64,000 bases of DNA from an uncultured Aminicenantes bacterium (lineage in GTDB: Bacteria; Acidobacteriota; Aminicenantia; UBA2199). The notes under the pieces were generated by a model, which saw only the letters and a program-made list of their open reading frames with translations, did not search any database and was not told where the DNA came from. The stretch lies in contig CBDAFS010000015.1 in assembly GCA_965195285.1 (NCBI GenBank), positions 1-64,000 of the forward strand. The letters are read 5' to 3'. Made by a program: the position numbers and the translations under genes. Numbering within the stretch: the first letter of the stretch is position 1; the number at the start of each line of letters is the position of its first letter. Below, one piece after another: positions 1-9,756 of the stretch.

Positions 1-86
1 CTACGGAAAATGTTTTCTCTACGATGTCCCCTGGAAACGACATGATAGAATGCATGTTCATATTCAATTCGAATTGGCCTAGCCAT
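1..86 (-). mobile_element. 5' end of a REP-associated tyrosine transposase (RAYT, Y1 HUH family), cut by the window edge
   Basis: Manual translation of the minus strand from ATG at 86 gives MARPIRIEYEHAFYHVVSRGHRRENIFR, the typical RAYT N-terminus. It resembles the N-terminus of the ORF at 51416 (MRRARITYQGAFHHAMNRGHEGKKIF). Not in the ORF track. Confidence 0.8.
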
Positions 87-130
87 AAATTTATTTTAAC
101 ACAAAATGAATTTTAATTCTTTATTCTTTA

Positions 131-196
131 GACCTGACCCCTTAATTGATGACCCCTTAATTGACCCCTTAATTTGCTTAATTTGACCCCTAATTT
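131..196 (+). repeat. Imperfect tandem TGACCCC(T)TAAT units (REP-like end motif) upstream of the RAYT
   Basis: gacctgaccccttaattgatgaccccttaattgaccccttaatttgcttaatttgacccctaatt contains four TGACCCC cores. Confidence 0.75.
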
Positions 197-202
197 CTTA
201 TC

Positions 203-1405
203 TTAAATTTTATTCTTCATTTGAATCCAATTTTTAATCTTAAACCTTTTGATTTTTATATCTTCTGAGTCATCACTTTCATCAATTTTATATAAATATC
301 CACTTTTTATGATTTCTGGTAAAAATGGAATCGTTATTTGATAAAGATAATATCCTTCTTTATTAAAAATATCAAATACCACATTATTATTTTTTTTCTC
401 TTCTTTTAATAAAACTGATTCTAATCTTGACACATAAATTCTTCCAATTTCATCCACAAGTATCTTATTAAAAAAGGGTCGATAGTCGGGAAATTGAAGA
501 GCTTCTTTTAGTATCTTTTTCGTCCATTTTTTTTCATAATAAGGCGCATACCAACTATAGATAGTATCTTTCTCCTTCTCTGTAATCCGTTGTCTATTCC
601 CTTCTTTTTTAATCTTTAAAATATAATCTCCTTTTGAGTTAATCATATTTAATGTATAGTCGGTTGAATATGCAAAAATACAGTTTTCATTAAATGTCCT
701 TTGAAAACATAATTGAGGTGTATAAACATTTTCAATAAAAAAGTTCAGTTTTTTTCCATTCAATTCCTTTCTAACTTGTAATCCATCAAATAGGCGTACA
801 ATTTCTTTCTTGATATTAAAATCATGATTAAGTAATACTACTAATCTTTCCTTGATTTTTGGTGAATAAAAGATATAAGAAATAATACCCTCACCATTTG
901 AATTGACAAAGAAATCTGTTGCATTTTTGTTCAATTTAATTTGATCTTTATAATTGCCTTTTTTGTCAAATACATGAATAATGCGGTTGTCTAAAACATA
1001 AATTATTCCTTTTTTGTTAATAAAAAAATCTATGGGTCTTTGAAATTCACCAGGACCAGTTCCCTTTCTGCCAAATTTGAATAAATGGAATCCCTGACTA
1101 TTAAATTTATGAATAACACATTTATTACTATCAAGTAAATAAATATTACTTTCATTATCCAATTCAACTTTAGATATCCACTCGAAATAATCATTTTCAT
1201 TTTTTCCATAACCGATACATAAATCTTCTTTTAAATCAAAATTGAAATTTTGAAAGAGAGGTTTTTGAGGATTCATTATTATCTTTACGCCATTTTTAAA
1301 TTTAATCTTTCCATCCCATTGCAAACTATTATCATCTCCAATTAAACAATAATAATTTAAAAGAAAAATTAACAAAATTAAACTCTTTAATGCGATTTTA
1401 TTCAT
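203..1405 (-). CDS. Secreted 6-bladed beta-propeller (NHL-like) protein
   Basis: Signal peptide; FGRKGTGPGEF propeller motif; AT-rich. Confidence 0.8.
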   Translation of the reverse strand: MNKIALKSLILLIFLLNYYCLIGDDNSLQWDGKIKFKNGVKIIMNPQKPLFQNFNFDLKEDLCIGYGKNENDYFEWISKVELDNESNIYLLDSNKCVIHKFNSQGFHLFKFGRKGTGPGEFQRPIDFFINKKGIIYVLDNRIIHVFDKKGNYKDQIKLNKNATDFFVNSNGEGIISYIFYSPKIKERLVVLLNHDFNIKKEIVRLFDGLQVRKELNGKKLNFFIENVYTPQLCFQRTFNENCIFAYSTDYTLNMINSKGDYILKIKKEGNRQRITEKEKDTIYSWYAPYYEKKWTKKILKEALQFPDYRPFFNKILVDEIGRIYVSRLESVLLKEEKKNNNVVFDIFNKEGYYLYQITIPFLPEIIKSGYLYKIDESDDSEDIKIKRFKIKNWIQMKNKI

Positions 1406-1468
1406 TCTTTCCTCCCAAAAATAAATAAAAATACAATTTACCTATTATAATATCTAAAAGTAGAAAAT

Positions 1469-1919
1469 AAAATAGGGACAGCTACCATTTTTGATTAAAA
1501 AATTATTAAAAGATCTTTATCATTTTTTTTATGCCAAGAGTAGTAAAATTTTTTGCAGTTGATTTACCCCACCACATTACACAAATAGGTAATTACCAGA
1601 GGGTTAGTAAAAAAAACCTGGGAGTGGAAGTGGTCAAGTGCGATAGACCGTATGAAAAATTTAAAAAGGATTAAAATTGTAATTGGAAAACATTTTTAAA
1701 TATTATAGATATGAAGCCCTTTGATTGGGAGAATTATATTGATATTCAGGATGATGGAGAATTCGTGGAGAGAATGGAGAAGCATATTTTAACAGGACGT
1801 CCTTTGGGTACAATGGAATTTGTTGAAAGTCTAGAAAATAAATTTGGGAGAAGATTGAAAGCCATTCCAATAGGTAGACCTAAAAAGAAGAGAAATTAAA
1901 TGGTCGCTGCCCCAATTTT
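1469..1919 (+). pseudogene. Internally deleted RAYT remnant bounded by 22-bp imperfect inverted repeats
   Basis: ATG 1531 gives MPRVVKFFAVDLPHHITQIGNYQR (RAYT N-terminus). ORF 1711-1899 gives ..TGRPLGTMEFVESLE..GRPKK (RAYT C-terminus). IRs: aaaatagggacagctaccattt (1469-1490) and aaatggtcgctgccccaatttt (1898-1919), 3 mismatches. Confidence 0.75.
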
Positions 1920-2054
1920 TAGGGGCAAATGGATTCAGTTTTTAGCCGGTCCAGGAGGTGCGAGTGGAAATCCATCCGGTTCTATGCTACCATATGGTCT
2001 GTCATTTTGAACTTCCATATCCGGCAGTTTGAAGCGGATGGTCACGAATCGTAA

Positions 2055-4535
2055 ATGCAAAAAATTGAAATAATCGGTGCCCGAAAGCATAACCTGAAAA
2101 ATATTAATTTAGAAATCCCCAAGAAAAAGATGGTTACTTTTACCGGGGTTTCCGGATCCGGAAAATCTTCCCTGGCCTATGACACGATTTTTCAGGAGGG
2201 GCAGCGGAAATACCTGGAATCTCTATCGATTTATGCCCGTCAATTTATCAAATCTCTGGAAAAACCCGAAGTTCAATACATAAAAGGGATCTCGCCCACC
2301 ATTTCCATTGACCAAAAGCATTCATCTTATCATTATAATTCAACAGTCGGAACGGTTTCTGAAATCAGTCAATATCTGAGACTGTTGTATGCCCGGGTGG
2401 GAGTGGCCTATTGCCCGGAATGCGGAAAAAAAATAGAAGCCTATTCCTATCAAAAGATCGTTGACTTTGTTTTTGACCGATTCAGCGGAAAACCGGTTCA
2501 GATACTGACTCCGGTGGTTAAAAACAGGAAAGGTATTTACAAAGCCTTATTTGAACGCTACCTGAAGCGTGGTTTCTTGAAAACCATGGTTGATGGCCAT
2601 CTTTATGATCTTGACGCGGTACCGCTCCTGAACCGCCATGCCACCCATGACATTTCCATATTGATTGATATGCCGGACATCACTCCCAATAATCGGTTAC
2701 AGATCACTGAGAGTATATCGATGGCCATTTCAGAGGGAAATGGTGAGGTGATTATCATATCCGGCGGCCTGGAATTGAATTTTTCAGATCGTTTATTCTG
2801 TTTCGATTGCAATCTGTCCTTAAAGGAGCCCCAGCCGGCAACATTTTCATTTACCTCTCCCCTGGGCTGCTGTTCGTATTGCCAGGGGATAGGAGAGGAT
2901 GAGCAGAACCAAACATGCCCGCATTGCGGGGGTAGCGGACTGAATAAGCAAGCCCTGTCTTTTCGGTTCAAGGGGAAAAATATTTTTGAACTGGGAGAAA
3001 TGGAGATCGGAGATTTACTTATCCTTTTTAGAAAAATCCGGCTGAATAAGTCGGAAAAACAGATATTGTCCCAGATTTTTCCCCATATTTTACAGAGGCT
3101 TGAGAGTTTTGTGAAATTAAACCTGGATTACCTTAGCCTGAATCGAAAGGTGAACTCGGTCTCGGGTGGGGAATTGCAGCGGACCCGGTTGGTTTCCCAG
3201 ATCGGATTCAGCCTGAGTGGTATTATTTATATTCTGGATGAACCATCAATTGGAATGCATATGGCCGAGCAGCATAATCTAATCCATATTCTGCACCATC
3301 TGAAAGAAAAGGACAACACCATTATTGTGGTTGAACATGACGAAAACACCATCAGATCTTCGGATTATATTGTTGATCTCGGACCCGGTGCCGGTGAAAA
3401 AGGAGGCCGAGTGGTCTTTTCCGGCTGGTTTGAGGATTTCGAAAAGGCATCCGATTCAATAACGGCTGATTACTTGTTTAAGCGAAAGCGAATTGAACTG
3501 AAAAAAAAATACAAACCTGATTTTTCCCGGAATATGATCTTTTCAGGGATTTCGATCAACAATATCCGTGATGTAGATTTGTGTATTCCGGTTCAGGCCT
3601 TGACTGTGGTTACCGGGGTTTCCGGATCCGGTAAGAGTTCCCTGATTATCGATGCTGTCTATTGGATATTGAAAAGTAGAATCGACAAACTGGATATCCC
3701 TTCCAAACGGATTCACTATCTGAATTTCAGCGGGAATGGCCATATTGGCCGTGTGATCAAGGTGGATCAATCATCAATCGGGAAAAATTCCCGGTCCTGT
3801 CCGGCCACCTATGTCGATTTGATGCCGATCATAAGGGACTTTTTCGCGGGATTGCCGGAATCCAGAATGAGGGGCTATAACAAGAGCAGGTTCAGTTTTA
3901 ATGTCAGGGGAGGTCGCTGCGAATCCTGCCGGGGTTTGGGAAATAAAAAAATCGAGATGAGTTTTTTACCCTACCTGGAGGTTTGCTGCCCGGTGTGTGA
4001 GGGGAACCGGTATAATTCCGAAACCCTGAAAGTGAAATACAGGGGGTTATCAATTGCCGAGGTTCTGGAACTGACTGCCAGTGAAGCCTATGTTTTTTTC
4101 AGGAACATTCCTTTTTTAGCTAAAAAGATACGTTTATTGAAAGAAGTAGGCCTGGGTTATCTGAAGCTGGGCCAGAGTTCATTGACTCTGTCCGGGGGGG
4201 AATCTCAGCGTATCAAACTCTGCAAGGAACTTTCGCGTATGTCAAATTCTCCAACACTTTATGTTCTGGATGAACCCACGGTGGGATTGCATTTTGATGA
4301 TATCCAGAAGTTGATCAATGTATTTCACTCCTTGATTGTTAAAGGTCATACCATTGTGGTGATTGAGCATAACCTTGAAATAATTAAATCAGCTGATTAT
4401 ATTGTCGATATGGGACCGGGCGGAGGGGCTAAAGGAGGAAGAATCGTGTATCAGGGACATTTATCTGGTATAATGAAATGTTCAGAATCAGTGACTTCTG
4501 GATACTTAACAAAGAAAATTCAAGATGCCGTTTGA
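2055..4535 (+). CDS. uvrA: Excinuclease ABC subunit A (short form)
   Basis: Two GVSGSGKSS Walker A motifs, SGGE signature motifs, Zn fingers. Confidence 0.92.
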   Translation: MQKIEIIGARKHNLKNINLEIPKKKMVTFTGVSGSGKSSLAYDTIFQEGQRKYLESLSIYARQFIKSLEKPEVQYIKGISPTISIDQKHSSYHYNSTVGTVSEISQYLRLLYARVGVAYCPECGKKIEAYSYQKIVDFVFDRFSGKPVQILTPVVKNRKGIYKALFERYLKRGFLKTMVDGHLYDLDAVPLLNRHATHDISILIDMPDITPNNRLQITESISMAISEGNGEVIIISGGLELNFSDRLFCFDCNLSLKEPQPATFSFTSPLGCCSYCQGIGEDEQNQTCPHCGGSGLNKQALSFRFKGKNIFELGEMEIGDLLILFRKIRLNKSEKQILSQIFPHILQRLESFVKLNLDYLSLNRKVNSVSGGELQRTRLVSQIGFSLSGIIYILDEPSIGMHMAEQHNLIHILHHLKEKDNTIIVVEHDENTIRSSDYIVDLGPGAGEKGGRVVFSGWFEDFEKASDSITADYLFKRKRIELKKKYKPDFSRNMIFSGISINNIRDVDLCIPVQALTVVTGVSGSGKSSLIIDAVYWILKSRIDKLDIPSKRIHYLNFSGNGHIGRVIKVDQSSIGKNSRSCPATYVDLMPIIRDFFAGLPESRMRGYNKSRFSFNVRGGRCESCRGLGNKKIEMSFLPYLEVCCPVCEGNRYNSETLKVKYRGLSIAEVLELTASEAYVFFRNIPFLAKKIRLLKEVGLGYLKLGQSSLTLSGGESQRIKLCKELSRMSNSPTLYVLDEPTVGLHFDDIQKLINVFHSLIVKGHTIVVIEHNLEIIKSADYIVDMGPGGGAKGGRIVYQGHLSGIMKCSESVTSGYLTKKIQDAV

Positions 4536-5529
4536 AGATTTATTTGGAAATGATCGGATAAAAAATATCCTGGTCAGCTATTTGAAAAATGATATAATTC
4601 CCTACAGTATTATATTTTCCGGATCGGCTTCGACCTCGGTAGTAAGCTTTGCCCTTGCTTTTGCCAAGGCAATCAATTGCCAGAAACTGAAACATGATTT
4701 TTGTAATGATTGTCAGAACTGCCGGGATATCGACAAGGGGATCTTTCCTGATGTGGTGATGCTCTCGCCGGATGGAAAGTTTTATAAAAAAGATCAAATC
4801 ACTTATTTAATCCAAGAAAATTACAAACGACCTCTGCGGGGATCCAAAAAAATCCATATCTTACAGAATGTTCATTATATGAATGAAAATGCCTCCAATT
4901 CCTTTTTGAAGGCACTGGAAGAACCGGCGGTTTTCAATATTTTTCTTCTCATGACCAATAATTTAAGTGGCTTGCTGCCAACCATTAAATCCCGTTGTCA
5001 GATTTTAAAATTTATCCCTGCCTCACAATACGAAATGAATGCATCTCTGCTCAAACAGGGTCATGATCCTGACAAGGCCAGGCTCATTTCCCATTTGAGT
5101 CAGGGAGTGAATGATCCGATGATAATTGAGAACCTGAATCTATTCCTTGAAAAGCGATCCAAAGCACTGTCTGTGCTGGTTAAACTGATCACCAGACGAG
5201 AGGTTGAGGATGTTCTGCTTGACCTCTATAACCGCAGCCGCAACCGGGGAAAATTTCTGCATTATTTCAGCCAGTTGATTCATTTGATTTCTTTGTTTTT
5301 AAGAGATATAATGATACTTAAAATAAATTCAGAGAGTCATTTTATAGTCAATATTGATCTGAAGGATATTTTGATGAACATCGGTGAATATGTAACCATA
5401 AACAAGCTTTTGTTTCTGCTATACAGAATGGAGTTAATGTTTCGGGATATTCAGAGAAATTTGAATACCCGTGTACTCATACTGGAATTTATTCGCTGTT
5501 ATACCCAGAAGGAGGGGACACATGGCTAG
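4525..5529 (+). CDS. holB: DNA polymerase III delta' subunit
   Basis: CxxCxxC Zn module, ASNSFLKALEEP, LLPTIKSRCQ. Confidence 0.88.
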   Translation: MPFEDLFGNDRIKNILVSYLKNDIIPYSIIFSGSASTSVVSFALAFAKAINCQKLKHDFCNDCQNCRDIDKGIFPDVVMLSPDGKFYKKDQITYLIQENYKRPLRGSKKIHILQNVHYMNENASNSFLKALEEPAVFNIFLLMTNNLSGLLPTIKSRCQILKFIPASQYEMNASLLKQGHDPDKARLISHLSQGVNDPMIIENLNLFLEKRSKALSVLVKLITRREVEDVLLDLYNRSRNRGKFLHYFSQLIHLISLFLRDIMILKINSESHFIVNIDLKDILMNIGEYVTINKLLFLLYRMELMFRDIQRNLNTRVLILEFIRCYTQKEGTHG

Positions 5530-6235
5530 GGTGATAACCGTTCAGGTTGAGGGTAACCGGGATATTCTCCATTTTAAATCCAAACAGGAAAAAATAAAAC
5601 AGAATGATTATGTCATTGTAAAATCCCTCTGCGGAGAAGAGTTAGGCAAGGTGATCAAATATTTCGGGGATTGTTTCAATAAAATAAAAAATATCTCCTG
5701 TATCCCTGAAATTCTGCGGATTGCCAGCCAGAGAGATCTGGATAATTTTAATAAGAAGAAAATGGATGAGAAAGAGGCCTATGATTTCTGTCTGAAAAAG
5801 ATCAAAGAGAGGGAAATTCCCATCAAACTCATCCGGGTTACTTTTTTTACTTCAGAGCGCAAGGCCATATTTTATTTTTCTTCCGAGGGCAGGATTGATT
5901 TCAGAGACCTGGTCAAGGATCTGGCAAAAAAATTCAAAATGAGAATTGAAATGAGACAGATCGGTATCCGAGATGAGGCCAAAATGATCGGGGGAATCGG
6001 CATCTGCGGCCGGCAGTTATGCTGTAAGACTTTTTTAAACAGTATTGAACCAATTACCCTGCAGATGGCTAAAAAGCAGAACCTCAACATGAATCCAGTG
6101 AAGATATCCGGACAGTGCGGACGGTTGATGTGCTGCCTTTCCTACGAGGAAGATCATGGGGGGAGAATTTTTATTGAAGATCAGGATGAACTGGTTGGTT
6201 ATAACGAAGAAGAAGATCTGGAAGAAGCGGATTGA
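5522..6235 (+). CDS. PSP1/YaaT (RicT)-family Fe-S protein
   Basis: RIDFRDLVKDLA, CGRQLCC, SGQCGRLMCCL; GGAGG RBS before ATG 5522; usual position after holB. Confidence 0.88.
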   Translation: MARVITVQVEGNRDILHFKSKQEKIKQNDYVIVKSLCGEELGKVIKYFGDCFNKIKNISCIPEILRIASQRDLDNFNKKKMDEKEAYDFCLKKIKEREIPIKLIRVTFFTSERKAIFYFSSEGRIDFRDLVKDLAKKFKMRIEMRQIGIRDEAKMIGGIGICGRQLCCKTFLNSIEPITLQMAKKQNLNMNPVKISGQCGRLMCCLSYEEDHGGRIFIEDQDELVGYNEEEDLEEAD

Positions 6236-7545
6236 TCGAGCCTAAAAAATCTTTTTGGATCGGTTTGATTATTTTATGCCTTTTCTTGGTCCAGCCGGTC
6301 AGTTCCAAATACAAACCGTTTTATACCTATTATAATTTTTCCCTGGGTACCAAGGCCCTTTCAATGGGAAATGCCTTTATTGCTGTAGCCGATGACCTGA
6401 GTGCTGTTTTTTGGAATCCAGCCGGCCTGGCCGATCTTCTCTGCCCGATAGTTTCGCTGAACTACCGTATGGATGGTATTTCCTATTCACATGAGCGGCA
6501 GGAAAATATTTTCGATACCGGTAAGCGGACATGGACAGAGGATTTTGATTCCGACTCATCCCAAATAGATTTTCTTTCCATTTCAGTTCCGGCCAGCTTC
6601 TGGAATATGAAATGGAACCTTGCCTTAAGTTATTACCATTATATTTCCTATGATGTCCAGGGTAGCCGGGAATCGGAATTAGCCGTTATCGGAGAAGGGT
6701 CCGGGACCCAAAGATTCACAGACACATTTTCCGGAACCGGTGGGGTTGATGTTCTGGGATTTTCAGTGGCCGTTTATTTAACAGAATATTTTTCCATTGG
6801 TTTTACCCTTCAGCATTTTTTTAATTCCGGATTCATTCGATATGGTTTCCAATCCGATGACAGGCAGTATGAACAGGAATTTACCGAAAGCCTCCAGGGC
6901 CAGAACCTGATTTTTGGTTGCCTGCTTAAACTGGAGAAAAACTTTCAGATCGGTTTTTCCTATCACAGTGGAATTGAAGATGTGTTCACTTCCGAATCCC
7001 GGTATGAAAACATTACGGATAATGAAATCATCCAGGAATCAAGCCGCAGTGAAATTGTTATTCCAGCCCAATTCTCATTTGGCCTGGCATTTAAACCCCT
7101 CAAAAACTGGTTGTTAGCTTATGATTTTTCAAAAATTCTCTGGTCCAGGGGAAAGATTTCGAATTATTACGATCATGCGGGTGATTTACCCTTTCCGGTC
7201 CGGGATGATTACGAACAGGATCAGCGAAATATTGTCAATCATCGCCTGGGTACGGAGATCAATGTGGTCATGCCCAATGCTGTTTTTTATATCCGGGGCG
7301 GACTTTTTTGGGAACGGCAGTTATTCGTTGATGCCAATGATGAAGCGATATGGATCAGGGGTTTTTCCCTGGGTCTGGGCGTGCAGCTATTTTCGAAGAT
7401 TTTGATCGATCTGGCCTATATGAATCAGAGCGCTTCCTGGAAGGAAACCGGATATTTTTCCGCCGAAACCCTGGTGGATACCCTTTACCAAAACCATATT
7501 TTCGCTTTTTCGATCACATATATTTTCCAGAAGGCTGCCAATTGA
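6232..7545 (+). CDS. Outer-membrane beta-barrel, FadL/OmpP1-like
   Basis: Signal peptide; ALSMGNAFIAVADDLSAVFWNPAGL motif. Confidence 0.75.
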   Translation: MIEPKKSFWIGLIILCLFLVQPVSSKYKPFYTYYNFSLGTKALSMGNAFIAVADDLSAVFWNPAGLADLLCPIVSLNYRMDGISYSHERQENIFDTGKRTWTEDFDSDSSQIDFLSISVPASFWNMKWNLALSYYHYISYDVQGSRESELAVIGEGSGTQRFTDTFSGTGGVDVLGFSVAVYLTEYFSIGFTLQHFFNSGFIRYGFQSDDRQYEQEFTESLQGQNLIFGCLLKLEKNFQIGFSYHSGIEDVFTSESRYENITDNEIIQESSRSEIVIPAQFSFGLAFKPLKNWLLAYDFSKILWSRGKISNYYDHAGDLPFPVRDDYEQDQRNIVNHRLGTEINVVMPNAVFYIRGGLFWERQLFVDANDEAIWIRGFSLGLGVQLFSKILIDLAYMNQSASWKETGYFSAETLVDTLYQNHIFAFSITYIFQKAAN

Positions 7546-7635
7546 TCTAATCAAATATATAAAATAAATAATTAAAAAATTGGAATATTTTGGGGGAATT
7601 CGCTACAATAAAAATTGAAGTTGAGGAGGACGGGT

Positions 7636-9756
7636 ATGAAAAAGCCCATTAAAATCAACCTGATTTTTGCCATGATCCTGATGCTATCTGTTGGGTTAAA
7701 TAGCATGGATGTGAAAAACAAACGGGCGTTTACCCTTGATGATGTATACCGGATAAAAGGAATATCCGGCTTGAATATTTCTCCGGATGGCCAACAGCTG
7801 CTATTTTCGATAACGGCATATGAACTGAAAACCGGGAAACAGAATTCCGAAGTTTATTTGCTGGATTTGAAGACCGGCCATCAGATGCAGTTGACTGTCC
7901 AGGATAAATCCGACTTCCATCCATTCTGGTCCGGGGATGGTCAGAAGATCTATTTTCTCTCCAACCGAAAAGACGGGACCCAGATATGGGAGATCAGCCC
8001 TCATGGAGGTGAAGCCAGGCGGTTATCTAATTTTTATACCGGCGTGGATTCCCCGATTATATCCGAACAGAATGACAACATATTTTTCACCTCTGCGGTA
8101 TTTCCGGAATGCATGGTGGAAAACGAGTGTAATGAGCGTCTTGAAAAGCAATTGGAAGATGGACCGGTGCAGGCCAATCTGGCCGATTCCTTGTTATACC
8201 GTCACTGGAATGCCTACCGGGGGTGGAAATACACCCATCTGTTTTATCTCCATTTAAATGATGGTAAAATTCGCAGTATAACGAGTGGAAAACGTGATTA
8301 TCCGTCCTTTTCCCTGGGTGATGGCAGCGGATACGCTGTTTCTCCCGATGGAAAGGAGGTTTGTGTTGTCAGTAATTATGAACAAAATCTGGCTGGCTCG
8401 ACCAATAGCGATCTGTTTGTCATTGATTTGAAATCCGACCCCCCTGCTCCCGTTAATATTACCGGTGAAAACAGGGCCTATGACGGTTCACCTGCCTATT
8501 CTCCTGACGGGCAATATATTGCCTATCTGACCCAGCGTATTCCCGGGTATGAGGCTGATAAATTCCGGCTGGCCTTATACCATTGCCAATCCAACAAAAG
8601 TGAAACCATTACCGAGGGTATTGATAACTGGGTTCAGGATTTTCAGTGGTCCAGGGATTCCCGCTTCATCTATTTTTCGGTTGTGGAAAAGGGGCGAAGC
8701 CCCATCTACCGAATCCGGGTAAGCAACCGCAAGATTACAAGAGTTCTGGCAGGCCATCGGATCGGAGAATTTATCGTTTCCCCGGATGGAAAAAAATTGA
8801 TATTCACCCGGTCCAGGGTAGGAGAGCCCTATGAGATCTGGCAATATCAAATCGGTCGTGTGAAGAGCTTGAAATGCCTGACCGTGTTTCATAAAAAAAT
8901 GAGTCAGGAGGTTGATATCCGGCCCGCAGAAGAACACTGGGTTTCCGGTTCAAATGATCAAAAGGTTCATGTATTTGTGGTCAAACCTCATGATTTCGAT
9001 CCGGAGAAAAAATATCCGTTGATTATCAATATTCACGGTGGTCCCCAGATGATGTGGTCTGATTCATTTCGTTATGACTGGCAGGTGTATCCGGGTTCCG
9101 GTTATGTGGTTGCCTTTCCGAATCCGCATGGCTCAACCGGATACGGGCAAAAATTCACTGCAGCCATCTCCACCGACTGGAACGGCAAGGTGATGGGAGA
9201 TATCGAGCGGGTAACCGATTATCTGGCCGGGCTTGATTTTGTTGACGAAAACCGAATGGGTGTGATGGGCTGGTCCTGGGGCGGTTACGCGGTCATGTGG
9301 CTGCAGGGCAACAGTACACGCTACCAGGCGTTAGCAGCCATGATGGGGGTATATGATCTGGGTTCCATGTACAGTGCCACCGAAGAATTATGGTTTCCCG
9401 AATGGGATCTGGGTGGCAAACCCTGGGAAAAGATTGATTCCTATTTTAAACAATCACCTTCTTCCCATGTCAGTAATTTCAAGACCCCCTGCCTGGTTAT
9501 TACCGGAGAGAAAGACTATCGGGTTCCCTATACCCAGAGCCTGCAATTTTTTACCGATCTCCAGCAAATGGGTGTGCCTTCAAGACTCATTGTGTTTAAA
9601 AATGACTGTCACTGGCCCGATCATGTCAGGTCCATGCCGGTTTACTATAACGCCCACCTGGAGTGGTTTCACAAATATTTGAAGGGAAAATCGGCTCCCT
9701 ACAATACCGAAAAATTAATTCGCAACCAGCAATTTAGTCAGGAGAAAGCGGATTGA
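7636..9756 (+). CDS. S9 family prolyl oligopeptidase / dipeptidyl aminopeptidase, secreted
   Basis: PD40-like repeats, IHGGP, GWSWGG nucleophile, D and H of triad; GGAGG before ATG 7636. Confidence 0.9.
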   Translation: MKKPIKINLIFAMILMLSVGLNSMDVKNKRAFTLDDVYRIKGISGLNISPDGQQLLFSITAYELKTGKQNSEVYLLDLKTGHQMQLTVQDKSDFHPFWSGDGQKIYFLSNRKDGTQIWEISPHGGEARRLSNFYTGVDSPIISEQNDNIFFTSAVFPECMVENECNERLEKQLEDGPVQANLADSLLYRHWNAYRGWKYTHLFYLHLNDGKIRSITSGKRDYPSFSLGDGSGYAVSPDGKEVCVVSNYEQNLAGSTNSDLFVIDLKSDPPAPVNITGENRAYDGSPAYSPDGQYIAYLTQRIPGYEADKFRLALYHCQSNKSETITEGIDNWVQDFQWSRDSRFIYFSVVEKGRSPIYRIRVSNRKITRVLAGHRIGEFIVSPDGKKLIFTRSRVGEPYEIWQYQIGRVKSLKCLTVFHKKMSQEVDIRPAEEHWVSGSNDQKVHVFVVKPHDFDPEKKYPLIINIHGGPQMMWSDSFRYDWQVYPGSGYVVAFPNPHGSTGYGQKFTAAISTDWNGKVMGDIERVTDYLAGLDFVDENRMGVMGWSWGGYAVMWLQGNSTRYQALAAMMGVYDLGSMYSATEELWFPEWDLGGKPWEKIDSYFKQSPSSHVSNFKTPCLVITGEKDYRVPYTQSLQFFTDLQQMGVPSRLIVFKNDCHWPDHVRSMPVYYNAHLEWFHKYLKGKSAPYNTEKLIRNQQFSQEKAD

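Noticed and set aside
131-196. Possible CRISPR array
   Set aside because: Units of about 11-14 bp with no unique spacers and no cas genes; better explained as RAYT end motifs.
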